From: Myxococcales bacterium
GTDB taxonomy: Bacteria > Myxococcota_A > Polyangia > Polyangiales > DASUME01
Reading direction: 5' to 3'
Assembly (NCBI GenBank): GCA_047601445.1
Contig: JASGJH010000001.1
Location: 7,264,001 to 7,328,000 of the forward strand
DNA length: 64,000 bases
The notes below the pieces were generated by a model that saw only the letters and a list, made by a program, of their open reading frames with translations, did no database searches and had not been told where the DNA came from. How positions within the stretch are numbered: position 1 is the stretch's first letter; every line of letters starts with the position of its first letter. Positions 1-9,530 of this stretch are shown piece after piece. A program made the translations under genes and the position numbers.

Positions 1-1
1 C

Positions 2-541
2 GCGCTGATGGGGGCCCAGAAGGCCAACGACGACGCCAAGGCAGCGGTGGACGCCAGCGCCAAGTCGCACGAGCCCGCCGTGAAGGCGTTGGCCCTGGCG
101 GAGCCGGCGGCCAAGGACGCCAAGACCGCGGCCAAGGACGCGAAGAAGGAAGGTGCCAAGGCCAAGTCGGTGGCTGGCGCCGTGCTGGCGGGCTTCGAGG
201 CGTACAAGGCCAAGGCCGAGCAGGAGCTCGCCAAGCTGCGACTCGAGACCGGCGACGTGGGCAAGGAGCTCGAGCATGTGCGCACGCGCATGGCGGACGC
301 CAAGGCTCGCTTGGCGCGCGCGCAGGAGGGCAAGACGGCCGCAGCTGCGCCAGCGCCTGCACCGTCAGCCGCGCCGGCCGGTGCCGCAACGGCGGCCCAT
401 CCCGCGCATCCCGCGCATCCTGCTGCGGCAGAGAAGCCGAAGACGGCTGCTGCCCCGGCCGCCGCGCCCGCCCAGCCTGCGAAGTCGGCCGCGCCGGCCG
501 GCGCAACGGCGACCGGAGCGGTACCGGCAGCCAAGCCCTGA
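2..541 (+). CDS. Ala/Lys/Pro-rich coiled-coil protein, 5'-truncated by window edge
   Basis: Frame open from window start; strong GC3 codon bias; stop at 539-541. Confidence 0.7.
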   Translation, partial: ALMGAQKANDDAKAAVDASAKSHEPAVKALALAEPAAKDAKTAAKDAKKEGAKAKSVAGAVLAGFEAYKAKAEQELAKLRLETGDVGKELEHVRTRMADAKARLARAQEGKTAAAAPAPAPSAAPAGAATAAHPAHPAHPAAAEKPKTAAAPAAAPAQPAKSAAPAGATATGAVPAAKP

Positions 542-621
542 GAGGGGGCTAGAGGGGCGGGGTCAGGGCCGGGCACGAACACGTGAAAGTGAACGGGGCG
601 GGCCCTGCGGGGAAACGACTG

Positions 622-672
622 GGACGAGGACGGGACCGGAGCGCAAAGCTCGCTGGGCTCGTCCTCGCGTCC
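622..672. terminator. Hairpin between convergent genes
   Basis: cgaggacg...cgtcctcg 8-bp stem enclosing gagc-gcaaa-gctc, between two convergent stops. Confidence 0.35.
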
Positions 673-675
673 GTT

Positions 676-1050
676 TCAGCCGCCCCCTTTGACGATCCTC
701 AGGTTGGGGCCGCTGGGCGCGGGGGGCTTGGGTTTCTCCACCGCCGCTGGCCACACCACGATGGGCCCCGCGTAGGGCTCTCCGATCCACATGCGCGCGC
801 AGGCTTCCCAGGGGATCGTCACGAAGTGCCGCACGCCCTGAACCGAGATCGTCGCGCTCCAGCCTTTTTCGTCGAGCACCAGATCCGGCATGCCCATCAC
901 GCGCGGATCGCGGCCCACGCGCAGCACCAGATCTGCGCGACGAAATGGCTCGGGGACCGTGACATTGGGCGCCGTCGCATCCACCGCCACGAAAGGGCAC
1001 AGCGGGAGCAACGCGTCCATCAAGAGACGTTTTTGCTCGTTGAAGTCCAT
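676..1050 (-). CDS. SspB-like (ClpXP adaptor / stringent starvation protein B family) protein
   Basis: MDFNEQK start; VxVP...LVLxVG...DLxLD...ATIS...FVTIPWEA pattern; C-terminal PNLRIVK resembles the SspB ClpX-binding tail. Confidence 0.7.
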   Translation of the reverse strand: MDFNEQKRLLMDALLPLCPFVAVDATAPNVTVPEPFRRADLVLRVGRDPRVMGMPDLVLDEKGWSATISVQGVRHFVTIPWEACARMWIGEPYAGPIVVWPAAVEKPKPPAPSGPNLRIVKGGG

Positions 1051-1171
1051 CGTTCTCGCCTCAGCTAACACGGCGACCAGCGAGGAACCAGTGTCCACTT
1101 CGACGTATTCGAAGGCACGGGGGCCTTTGGCGCGCCCGCGGATTCGTGACAGCGTGTCCGGAGGTCCCTCG

Positions 1172-2599
1172 ATGACCGCGCCCATGTCCGAACATGACCG
1201 CGAATCGCCGCTTGGCTCAGCGGGTTCTCCGCCCGAGGCCTGGCAGCGTGCCCATCGTCTGGTGCGGCGCGCGCGCGAACCCATCGAGCGCTTCTTGGCC
1301 ATCGAAGCCGCGAGCGGTCTGCTGCTGCTGGCCACGGCCGGTCTGGCCCTCGTGCTCGCCAATGGCCCATGGCGCCACGCCTACGAGGCGCTCTGGCACA
1401 CGCCCCTCGGATTTCGCCTCGGAACCCTGCATTTCGAGCAGGATCTGCACTTCTGGATCAACGACGGGCTGATGACGATCTTCTTCTTCGTGGTGGGTCT
1501 CGAGATACGCCGCGAGATCCATCGCGGCGAGCTCAGCGGGCTGCGTCGGGCAGCCCTGCCGGTGGCGGCCGCGCTGGGAGGCATGCTGTTTCCGGCCGTG
1601 CTCTATGCCCTGTTCAACCGGGGCCGCCCCTCGCTTGCGGGCTGGGGCATCCCAATGGCCACCGACATCGCCTTTGCCGTGGGAACGCTCGCCCTGCTCG
1701 GCAAACGCGTGCCGCCTGCGCTGCGGGTGCTGCTCCTGGCCCTGGCTGTGATCGACGACGTGGGCGCCATCCTGGTGATCGCGGTCTTCTATTCGACGGG
1801 CTTGTCGTGGCTCGGCTTCTTGGCCATGGGCCTGGGCACGCTGGCCATCTACGGCCTGCAAAAGCTCGGTGTCCGCCCCGCGCTCGCGTATTTGCTGCCG
1901 GGCCTCGTGATCTGGGCCGGGGCCTATGAGGCGGGTGTGCATCCAACCTTGGCGGGCGTGATCGTCGGCTTGATGACCCCGGTGCGGGCCTGGTTTGGTC
2001 CCCAGCGCTTCGCGCAGCACGCCCAACAGGGAGCAGCCCGCCTGGGATCCCTCGACGCAGCCGAGGAGCGCGCGGCGCTCGGGATTCTAGACGAGCTCGC
2101 CCAGGCGCGGCGCGAAGCGGTTTCTCCGGTGGAGCGCCTCGAGCATGCCCTCCACGGTTACGTGGCGTTCGGCATCATGCCCCTGTTCGCCTTCGCCAAC
2201 GCCGGGGTGCCCCTGGGGGAGGCCAGTTTCACGGGCGATCACCGCGCCGTGTTTCTCGGCATCGTGGTCGGCCTCTCGCTCGGCAAACCGCTCGGCATCG
2301 TGGCCTTCTCGTGGTTGCTCGTGAAGCTCGGGTTGGGTGCGCTGCCGATGGGTTTGAGCTTGCGGCACGTCGTGTTGGTCGGGCTGGTCGGTGGCATCGG
2401 CTTCACCATGGCCCTGTTTATCGCTCAGCTCGCCTTGCCCCCTGGCGCTTTGTTGGAGACGGCCAAGCTCGCGATCCTGGTCGCATCGGGTTTGGCAGCC
2501 CTGCTCTCTTCGCTGCTCGGTCTCTGGCTGCTGCCGCGGCGGGCGGGGAGGTCGCGTGACCTCCCCGTGAAGACGCGCCCCGAAGCAAGCACTTCGTGA
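1172..2599 (+). CDS. nhaA: Na+/H+ antiporter NhaA
   Basis: WINDGLMTIFFFVVGLEIRRE, GWGIPMATDIAF, AVIDD, GIGFTMALFI motifs; GGAGG RBS before ATG 1172. Confidence 0.95.
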   Translation: MTAPMSEHDRESPLGSAGSPPEAWQRAHRLVRRAREPIERFLAIEAASGLLLLATAGLALVLANGPWRHAYEALWHTPLGFRLGTLHFEQDLHFWINDGLMTIFFFVVGLEIRREIHRGELSGLRRAALPVAAALGGMLFPAVLYALFNRGRPSLAGWGIPMATDIAFAVGTLALLGKRVPPALRVLLLALAVIDDVGAILVIAVFYSTGLSWLGFLAMGLGTLAIYGLQKLGVRPALAYLLPGLVIWAGAYEAGVHPTLAGVIVGLMTPVRAWFGPQRFAQHAQQGAARLGSLDAAEERAALGILDELAQARREAVSPVERLEHALHGYVAFGIMPLFAFANAGVPLGEASFTGDHRAVFLGIVVGLSLGKPLGIVAFSWLLVKLGLGALPMGLSLRHVVLVGLVGGIGFTMALFIAQLALPPGALLETAKLAILVASGLAALLSSLLGLWLLPRRAGRSRDLPVKTRPEASTS

Positions 2600-2674
2600 G
2601 CGAAGCGAACGTCGCGGAGGGGTGGGGCCTGGCGCGGCTTTGCCGCGGCGGGCGGGGAGGTCGCGTGACCTCCC
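2532..2674 (+). repeat. Dispersed ~80-bp REP-like element, copy A (2596-2674), preceded by an exact 34-bp duplicate of its 3' part (2532-2565)
   Basis: gtgagcgaagcgaac...gcggctttgccgc...ggggaggtcgcgtgacctccc; matches copies at 11578, 13372, 18168(-) and 42217. Confidence 0.9.
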
Positions 2675-2719
2675 GTAGCTCGCGCGCTCTCCGTGTCTAC
2701 GTGAGGAGCCGGAGGAGGC

Positions 2720-3106
2720 GTGGGCGTGCCCATACAGGAAGAACAACGGCTCCTGAAGGAGCTGCTCACGCAGGTCCCTGCACACCTGCCGGCGCTCGAC
2801 CACGTGCGGGGATCGCTGCAGGTCGACGTCGGCAGCGACTGCCTCGGCGTGATCAGGGTCGAAGATGGCCAGGTCACGCTGTTGCCTGGGCCGGGCAAGG
2901 CCGAAGCAGTAGTCACCACCGCCGAAGGCGGCGGCTTGATGCGGCTCTTGCAAGGGGAGATGAACGCCATCGTGGCTACCATCCAGGGCAACATCGACCT
3001 CGAGGGCGATCTCGCGCTGGCGTCCAAGATCCTGCGCGCTTTGCAGGCCGACGTCAGCATGCGCAAGCGCCGCGAAGCGGCCAAGCAGCGAGGAGCCGCC
3101 ACATGA
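2720..3106 (+). CDS. SCP2 sterol/lipid-binding domain protein
   Basis: LLQGEMNAIVATIQGNIDLEGDLALA is a typical SCP2 C-terminal motif; GGAGG RBS; ATGA overlap with next gene. Confidence 0.8.
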   Translation: MGVPIQEEQRLLKELLTQVPAHLPALDHVRGSLQVDVGSDCLGVIRVEDGQVTLLPGPGKAEAVVTTAEGGGLMRLLQGEMNAIVATIQGNIDLEGDLALASKILRALQADVSMRKRREAAKQRGAAT

Positions 3107-5133
3107 CCCTCAACACCGTCAACGTGCTGGACGGCAACCTCTTCGTGATCAGCGACAACTTGGGGGACTTGGACGCCACGCCCACGGAGAACCACGGACT
3201 GTTCCTGGACGACACCCGCTATCTATCCCGCTTCGTGCTCACCATCGATGGGCAGAAACCCAAGCTCCTCTCGGTCGATGACTCGGCGTACTTCAAGGTG
3301 CAGTTCTTCGGCGCGCTCGCCACGGGCACGGTCTACGTGGACTCGCACCTATCCGTGGTGAGAAGGCGCGTGGTGAGTCGCGGCTTCCGGGAGGAGATCA
3401 GGCTCGCCAACCACGACAGCAAGCCGGTGAAGTTGCGCGTGCGCGTGGAGGTCGGGGCCGATTTTGCCGACTTGTTCGAGGTCAAAGACAAGCTCGAGAA
3501 GAAGGGCGAGTGCTATCGGCGGCTCGGCAACGGCGGGCTCGTCCTCGGCTACCGCCGCGCGACCTTCCAGCGCGAGACTCACTTGAGCTCCACGGAGCCG
3601 GCCGAGATCGACGAGGGCGGCTTCACGTTCGACCTGGAGCTGCAGCCCAAGACCCTGTGGTCCACGGAGATCGAGGTGCGCGCGGTGCGCAAGACGGCGC
3701 GCGGTCTCTTCGCGCCCTCGAGCACGACTCCGGAGCGTCAGGACCTGGAGGTCGATCTGGAGGCCTGGCTCAAGGGCGCACCGCGCCTCTACTGCTCCCA
3801 CGAGTCCTTGCACGGAACCTATCGTCGTAGCTTGGTGGACCTGGCGGCCCTGCGCTTCTCGACGCCGGTGACCAAGGAGCCGATGCCGGCTGCTGGCTTG
3901 CCGTGGTTCATGACCATCTTCGGACGCGACAGCCTGCTCACGAGCTTCCAGGCGTTGCCTTTCTTTCCGGTGCTGGCCCAGGCCACGCTCACCACGCTGG
4001 CGCTGTTTCAGGGCCAGGTGAGCGATGCCTTCCGCGACGAAGAGCCAGGCAAGATTTTGCACGAGATCCGGCTCGGCGAGATGACCGGCTTCAAGGAGCG
4101 CCCGCACTCGCCCTACTTCGGCAGCTCCGACTCCACGCCCTTGTTCTTGATCCTGCTCGAGGAGTACACGCGCTGGACCGGCGACCACAAGCTCGCGCTC
4201 TCGCTCAAGGACAACGTGCGCGCCGCGCTGCGCTGGATCGACGAATTCGGAGACCGCGACCAGGACGGCCTCGTCGAGTACCAGCGGCGCAACACCGAGA
4301 CGGGCCTGGAGAACCAGTGCTGGAAGGACTCCTACGACTCGATCGCCTTTCACGACGGCACGCTGGCGACCACGCCGATCGCGACCTGTGAGATCCAGGG
4401 CTACGTCTACGACGCGAAGTGCCGCAGCGCGCGTCTCGCTCGCGATGTGTACCAAGACGAAGCATGGGCGCAGCGCCTCGAGCGTGAGGCCCAGCAACTC
4501 AAGGAGCGCTTCAACGAGGCCTACTGGATCAAGGAGCGGGGCTTCTTCGCGCTGGCGCTCGACGGTCAAAAGCGCAAGGTGGACTCACTGACCTCCAACA
4601 TCGGGCATCTGCTGTGGTCGGGCATCGCGGACACCAACAAGGCCGCCCTGTGCGTGCAGCACCTGATGGGCAAGGATCTCTTTACCGGCTGGGGCATCCG
4701 GACCATGGGCAAGTCCGAGGCCGCCTATAACCCCATCGGCTATCATGTGGGAACCGTGTGGCCCCACGACACCTCCTTCATCGCCTGGGGGCTGCGCCGC
4801 TACGGCTATCGCCACGAGGCCGCGCGTCTCGCGCGCGCCATGCTGGAGGCCGCCGAGTGCTTCCATCATCGCCTGCCCGAGGCCTTCGCGGGCTACGAGC
4901 GCACGATGACGCATTTCCCGGTGGAGTACCCCACCGCGTGCTCGCCCCAGGCCTGGGCTTCGGGAGCGCCGCTGCTCTTGCTGCGCGCGCTGCTCGGCCT
5001 GGAGTCCGACGGTCGCCATATGATCGTAGATCCGGCGCTGCCCGAGCCCTACTTCCGCCTCGAGCTGCTCGATATCCCGGGAGCCTGGGGTCATATGGAC
5101 GCCTTCGGCCGCGCGCGCAGGCCCCCGGACTAG
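3103..5133 (+). CDS. Amylo-alpha-1,6-glucosidase / glycogen debranching enzyme family protein
   Basis: DTRYLS, DFADLFEVK, AAGLPWFMTIFGRDS, EEPGKILHE, NQCWKDS, YHVGTVWPHD, YPTACSPQAW motifs. Confidence 0.9.
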   Translation: MTLNTVNVLDGNLFVISDNLGDLDATPTENHGLFLDDTRYLSRFVLTIDGQKPKLLSVDDSAYFKVQFFGALATGTVYVDSHLSVVRRRVVSRGFREEIRLANHDSKPVKLRVRVEVGADFADLFEVKDKLEKKGECYRRLGNGGLVLGYRRATFQRETHLSSTEPAEIDEGGFTFDLELQPKTLWSTEIEVRAVRKTARGLFAPSSTTPERQDLEVDLEAWLKGAPRLYCSHESLHGTYRRSLVDLAALRFSTPVTKEPMPAAGLPWFMTIFGRDSLLTSFQALPFFPVLAQATLTTLALFQGQVSDAFRDEEPGKILHEIRLGEMTGFKERPHSPYFGSSDSTPLFLILLEEYTRWTGDHKLALSLKDNVRAALRWIDEFGDRDQDGLVEYQRRNTETGLENQCWKDSYDSIAFHDGTLATTPIATCEIQGYVYDAKCRSARLARDVYQDEAWAQRLEREAQQLKERFNEAYWIKERGFFALALDGQKRKVDSLTSNIGHLLWSGIADTNKAALCVQHLMGKDLFTGWGIRTMGKSEAAYNPIGYHVGTVWPHDTSFIAWGLRRYGYRHEAARLARAMLEAAECFHHRLPEAFAGYERTMTHFPVEYPTACSPQAWASGAPLLLLRALLGLESDGRHMIVDPALPEPYFRLELLDIPGAWGHMDAFGRARRPPD

Positions 5134-6680
5134 GGTCTGTACAGCGTGCGAGCGGGCTCCGGCGTGAGCAGACGCTGCGCCAAGTTCACGAACTCGCACA
5201 ACAGCGGGCGCGTCTCGCGTGGATCGATGATCTCCTCGACCCAAAAGGCCTCCGCGCTGCGCAACGGCGAGCGCACGGCGTTGAGTCGATCGCGGATCTC
5301 GGCGAGCTTGGCCTTGGGATCCTCTGCGGCCGCGAGCTCACTCTTGTAGGCCGCCTCGAGCCCGCCTTCGATGGGGAGCGATCCCCAGTCGCCCGAGGGC
5401 CACGCGTAGCGAAAACGCAGCCGGCTCTGATTCATGTGTCCGGCACCTGCGAGGCCATAGCAGCGTCGCATGATCACGGCACAGATCGGCACAGTGGACT
5501 GATACACAGCAGACAGCGCACGCGCTCCGTGGCGCAAAGTGGCCGCGCGCTCGGCCTTCTCGCCCACGGCGAAGCCCGGGTTGTCCACGAAGTGCACGAT
5601 GGGCAGGTGGAAGGTCTCGGCCAGGTCGATCAAGCGCGTGAGCTTGAGGCACGCGTCGGCCGTCCAACCTCCGCCGTGGTGCATGGGATCGTTGGCGAGC
5701 ACGGCTACCGTGGCTCCGTCGAGTCGCGCCAAGCCCGTGACCACCGAGCGTCCCCACAGGGCACCCATCTCGAAGAAGGAATCGCGGTCGAGCACGCTCT
5801 CGAGGATGGGGCGCACGCGGTAGGTGCGGCGCGGGTCGCGGGGGATGGCCTCGATGAGAGCTTCCTCGGTGCGTTGTGCGTCGTCGCTGGGAGCGATCCG
5901 AGGCGTCAGTTCATACACGGAGTTCGGCAGATAGGAGAGGAAGCGTCGCGCCCGTGCAAAGGCCTCTTCTTCGCTCGCGACCTCGTCGTCCACGACACCA
6001 TTGCGCGCCTGAATCTGGCTCCCGCCCAGGCCTTCCTTGTCGATCTTCTCGCCCAGCGCTGCCACCACCGGCGGGCCCGCCACGAACATCTGCGACATGC
6101 CCTTCACCATCACGGAGTAGTGGCTCATCACCACCCGCGCGGCGCCGAGCCCTGCTACGGGGCCCAGGGCCAATCCGATCACGGGCACGTGGCTGAGGTT
6201 GGCCACGGCGAATTGGAACCCAGGGACATGTGGGATGTATGTGCGCGCGTCCGGATGATCGAGCTGCTTCACCGAGCCGCCGCCGCCCGTGCCGTCCACC
6301 AGGCGCACCAGGGGCAGTCGCAGTTCATGTGCCATTTGCTCGGCGAACGCGAGCTTGTCCCAGATGGCGCCGTCGGCCGCGCCGCCGCGCACGGTGAAGT
6401 CATCGGCCGAGAGCGCGATGGCACGTCCGCCGAGGCGTGCACGACCCACTAGCAGATTGGAGGGCGAGAAGCTCTGCAGCTCGCGACGCTCGTCGTAGAC
6501 CGCCTTGCCGGCCAGGCTACCGAGTTCGCGGAACGAGCCCCCGTCGCACAGACACAGGATGCGCTCGCGCACCGTGAGCTTGCCCTGGGCTCTCTGGCGG
6601 GCGACCTTCTCGGGGCCGCCCATCTCGCGCGCGATGGCCTGCCGGCGCCGCAGCTCGTCTACTTCCTTTTGCCAACTCAC
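5130..6680 (-). CDS. Acyl-CoA carboxylase carboxyltransferase (beta) subunit
   Basis: GKLTVRERI, DDFTVRGG, GPP, FVDNPGF, IIDPRETR motifs; GTG start inferred. Confidence 0.9.
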   Translation of the reverse strand: MSWQKEVDELRRRQAIAREMGGPEKVARQRAQGKLTVRERILCLCDGGSFRELGSLAGKAVYDERRELQSFSPSNLLVGRARLGGRAIALSADDFTVRGGAADGAIWDKLAFAEQMAHELRLPLVRLVDGTGGGGSVKQLDHPDARTYIPHVPGFQFAVANLSHVPVIGLALGPVAGLGAARVVMSHYSVMVKGMSQMFVAGPPVVAALGEKIDKEGLGGSQIQARNGVVDDEVASEEEAFARARRFLSYLPNSVYELTPRIAPSDDAQRTEEALIEAIPRDPRRTYRVRPILESVLDRDSFFEMGALWGRSVVTGLARLDGATVAVLANDPMHHGGGWTADACLKLTRLIDLAETFHLPIVHFVDNPGFAVGEKAERAATLRHGARALSAVYQSTVPICAVIMRRCYGLAGAGHMNQSRLRFRYAWPSGDWGSLPIEGGLEAAYKSELAAAEDPKAKLAEIRDRLNAVRSPLRSAEAFWVEEIIDPRETRPLLCEFVNLAQRLLTPEPARTLYRP

Positions 6681-6742
6681 GACCTGACCGCCTTGTTCTG
6701 GACGGCGTGAGCCTAGCGCAGGCGGCGAAAGGCGCTGGGAGC

Positions 6743-7237
6743 TCAGTCCGCGCCGAGTGCGCGCTCGATGGCTTCGGCGATGTCGGCGTCGTCCGGCGCG
6801 ACCTTGGGGCTGAAGCGCGCCACCACCTGGCCGTCCTTGCCGATCACGAACTTGGCGAAGTTCCAGGAGATGTCTCCGGGGCCGTCGGGCTGGGTGGCTT
6901 GCTTGGTGAGGTAGTCGTAGAGCGGGTCCTTCTGATCGCCGAGCACTTTGACCTTGCCGAACAGCGGGAAGGTCACGTCGTAGTTCGTGCTGCAGAAGGT
7001 CTTGATCTCGGCCTCGGCGGCGGGCTCCTGACCGGCGAAGTCGTTGCAGGGGAAGCCGAGCACTTCGAAGCCGTCTTCCTGGTACTCGCGGTACACCTCT
7101 TCGAGCGCCTTGTATTGCGGGGTGAGCCCGCAGCGCGAGGCCACGTTCACCACGAGCAGGACTTTGCCGCGGTAGTCGGCCAGGGACTTCATCTGGCCAT
7201 CGATGGTCTTGAGCTTGAAGTCGTGGATGGTGGTCAT
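6743..7237 (-). CDS. Glutathione peroxidase (Cys type)
   Basis: VNVASRCGLT, LGFPCN, GQEP, WNFAKF motifs; alternative start at 7249. Confidence 0.95.
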   Translation of the reverse strand: MTTIHDFKLKTIDGQMKSLADYRGKVLLVVNVASRCGLTPQYKALEEVYREYQEDGFEVLGFPCNDFAGQEPAAEAEIKTFCSTNYDVTFPLFGKVKVLGDQKDPLYDYLTKQATQPDGPGDISWNFAKFVIGKDGQVVARFSPKVAPDDADIAEAIERALGAD

Positions 7238-7352
7238 GCTGCTCACCATGCCATGGGGCCCTCAGGGTTGGCCAATGCCCCCAATTTGGCGCTAAGACGC
7301 CACCTTGCGGACATGGGCGGGCGCCCTGGGACGCGAGGAGTCGGGCGGCAGC

Positions 7353-8183
7353 ATGCGTGAATTGAGCGATCGCGTGGCGGTGGTGACCGGGGCGGCCCGG
7401 GGGATTGGTCGTGCCCTCGCGCTCGAGCTGGCCCGGGAGGGCATGCACCTGATGCTGGCGGACGTGGACCCAGCAGCGCTGGGCAGCGTGGCGCGCGAGG
7501 TGGAGGCCTTGGGGCGCCGTGCATGCGTGTCGCGCGTGGACGTGCGCGAGCTCTCCGGCCTGGAAGGGCTGTTGCGGGACACCCTGAGGGAGCTCGGGCG
7601 CTGCGACCTGGTGTGCAACAACGCGGGCGTGTTCCACGGTGCGGCGCTGCTCGACACGCCGAGCGACCAATGGGAGCGCGTGCTCGAGACGAACGTTTGG
7701 GGCGTGATCCACGGCTGCCGCGTATTCGGTGCGCATTTCGTGCAGCAGGGACACGGCCACATCGTGAACACGGCGTCCGCGGCGGGCTTGTTTCCGGTGC
7801 CGGGCATGAGTGCCTACAGCACCAGCAAGTACGCCGTGGTGGGCCTGAGCATGCAGCTGCGCTGGGAGCTCGCGAGCGCCGGCGTGGGCGTGACCTTGTT
7901 GTGCCCGGGCGTGGTCAGGACAGGCATCGCCTACGCCGAAGGCGTCGGGCTCTCGCATCTCGATCGCGAGCTCGAGAAGGCACTCGCGCGCTCGCCTGGG
8001 CCGGAAGGGTTGGCCAAGAAGGCGGTGCGAGCGATCCGTAAGGACCGTCCGCTGGTGCGCTATGGCGCCGACTCCTACGTGTTCAGCCTGTTGCGCGTGT
8101 TGCCGCTGTGGCTGGTGGACCCGTTCGGGCGCTATCTGGGCTGGAAGGCGCTGCGCATCGTGCGCGGGGAAGAGAAGCCGTAA
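7353..8183 (+). CDS. SDR family NAD(P)-dependent oxidoreductase
   Basis: TGAARGIG, NNAG and YSTSK motifs; GAGGAG RBS. Confidence 0.92.
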   Translation: MRELSDRVAVVTGAARGIGRALALELAREGMHLMLADVDPAALGSVAREVEALGRRACVSRVDVRELSGLEGLLRDTLRELGRCDLVCNNAGVFHGAALLDTPSDQWERVLETNVWGVIHGCRVFGAHFVQQGHGHIVNTASAAGLFPVPGMSAYSTSKYAVVGLSMQLRWELASAGVGVTLLCPGVVRTGIAYAEGVGLSHLDRELEKALARSPGPEGLAKKAVRAIRKDRPLVRYGADSYVFSLLRVLPLWLVDPFGRYLGWKALRIVRGEEKP

Positions 8184-8195
8184 GGGGACCCCGAC

Positions 8196-8234
8196 AACGA
8201 CGAAAGGGCGACCTCGCGGCCGCCCCTCGTCGTT
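8196..8234. terminator. Probable bidirectional terminator hairpin
   Basis: aacgacga..gggcg / cgccc.tcgtcgtt stem between convergent genes. Confidence 0.6.
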
Positions 8235-8275
8235 AGCTCAGTGCGCCGGCGTGGCCGGCGATCACCGCGCTGGGA

Positions 8276-9364
8276 TCACATCTTGGTGGGCATCTTGCAG
8301 ACGGCCCTGGAGGGATCCTGCGGATCCTGGTTCTGCAGGTGGAGGTACGGACGGCACTCCTCGTCGGTCTCGCAGCCGACGAACTTGCACTGGCCGTTCG
8401 AGCAGACATTGAAGTTGTTGCCGAAGTTGCCGGCGCACTCGACGTCCGTCTGGCAGGGGGTGACGCACTCCTTGTTCACGCACTTGGAGTTCGGCACGCC
8501 CGTCGCGAAGGCGCACTGGCGATCCGAGGTGCAGCCCACGTCGACGCAGTCGCCGTTCATGCAGGCCTCGAGGTAACCGCATTCTTCGTTGTGCTTGCAG
8601 CCCTCGACGCAGAGGCCGCTGACGCACTGGGTGTCGGGGTACGCCGCGCAATCCACCGTGGTCTTGCACTGGACGCACTGCTGGTCCTGGCAGAAGGGGC
8701 GACTGGGGCTCAGGCAGTTGGCGTTGGTGGTGCAGTTGGCAGCCACGCAGAGCTCGTTGCGGCAGGTCTGCGGACAGACGCAGTAGTTCTGGTAGGTCGT
8801 GCAAGATCCGCTAGCGGGGCTTGCATCGCAGGTGGTCTTGAAGCCGGCGCATTCCTCGACGGTGTAGAGGTAGGGCTCCCAGTCGACGCAACAGTCGGCG
8901 GCCGTCGCGCAGTCCACCTGGAAGCACTGCTTCACCTGGGGGGTCAGGTCCAGCTTCTCCTGGCGACAGATCTGGTTCACGCAGGCAAGCCCGGGGACGC
9001 AGTCGTTGGCGGCGCGGCAGCTTTCACCCTTGACGGAGCGGGTGTCCAGGGCGCCTGCGTCCGTAAGCATTTTGTCCTCGGTACAGACCTGCCCGAAGCA
9101 GCCGAGGCCGGGCTGACAGTCGGCGCGGCGGGTGCAGCTTTCGCCGAGCTTGCCGCCGGAGGTCGTCTTCTCGGCGCCAGCATCTCCGCTCGAGGAACCC
9201 TCGGTAACACAACGATTGTCGAGGCAAGCGAGGCCGCCTCCGCAGTCGTCGCGACGCTGGCAGGACTCGCCTACCGCGCCCTTCTGGGCCTCGTCTCCCT
9301 TGTCACAACCAAACAACAAGAACGTCAGGGTGAAGGCAATGGTTTGAATACGCAGGCTCGTCAT
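8276..9364 (-). CDS. Cys-rich repeat lipoprotein
   Basis: Lipobox LLFGC; three GESCxxxxDCxxGLxCxxxxC repeats, then CxxxxxC...CxxGxC repeats. Confidence 0.85.
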   Translation of the reverse strand: MTSLRIQTIAFTLTFLLFGCDKGDEAQKGAVGESCQRRDDCGGGLACLDNRCVTEGSSSGDAGAEKTTSGGKLGESCTRRADCQPGLGCFGQVCTEDKMLTDAGALDTRSVKGESCRAANDCVPGLACVNQICRQEKLDLTPQVKQCFQVDCATAADCCVDWEPYLYTVEECAGFKTTCDASPASGSCTTYQNYCVCPQTCRNELCVAANCTTNANCLSPSRPFCQDQQCVQCKTTVDCAAYPDTQCVSGLCVEGCKHNEECGYLEACMNGDCVDVGCTSDRQCAFATGVPNSKCVNKECVTPCQTDVECAGNFGNNFNVCSNGQCKFVGCETDEECRPYLHLQNQDPQDPSRAVCKMPTKM

Positions 9365-9530
9365 ACTGTTCTCCGGTGTAAGCGTCGGTCTTTCCGCAGG
9401 CACCCCTAGGTGCTCGTGGACTGCCGCACGCCGAAGCGAACTGATGAATGGGTCGCCCCGCTGGGCGACCCGACTGCTGTATAACGCTTTTCAGTGCGCT
9501 TCCACTTTCCGCTCTGTGAGGGGATCAACC

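Noticed and set aside
2532..2674. CRISPR array or integron attC interpretation of the repeat-spacer-repeat pattern
   Set aside because: At most 1.5 units per locus, an 80-bp unit, no cas or intI gene, and no RYYYAAC/GTTRRRY ends
6681..7958. 942-aa carboxyltransferase with a long N-terminal extension (likewise the extensions on nhaA, the glucosidase, ACAD, TBDR and fabF)
   Set aside because: The extensions overlap other real genes or repeats and lack family motifs; downstream starts fit better
8232..8275. tRNA-like TAGCTCAGT
   Set aside because: No T-arm (GTTCRA) or acceptor stem follows
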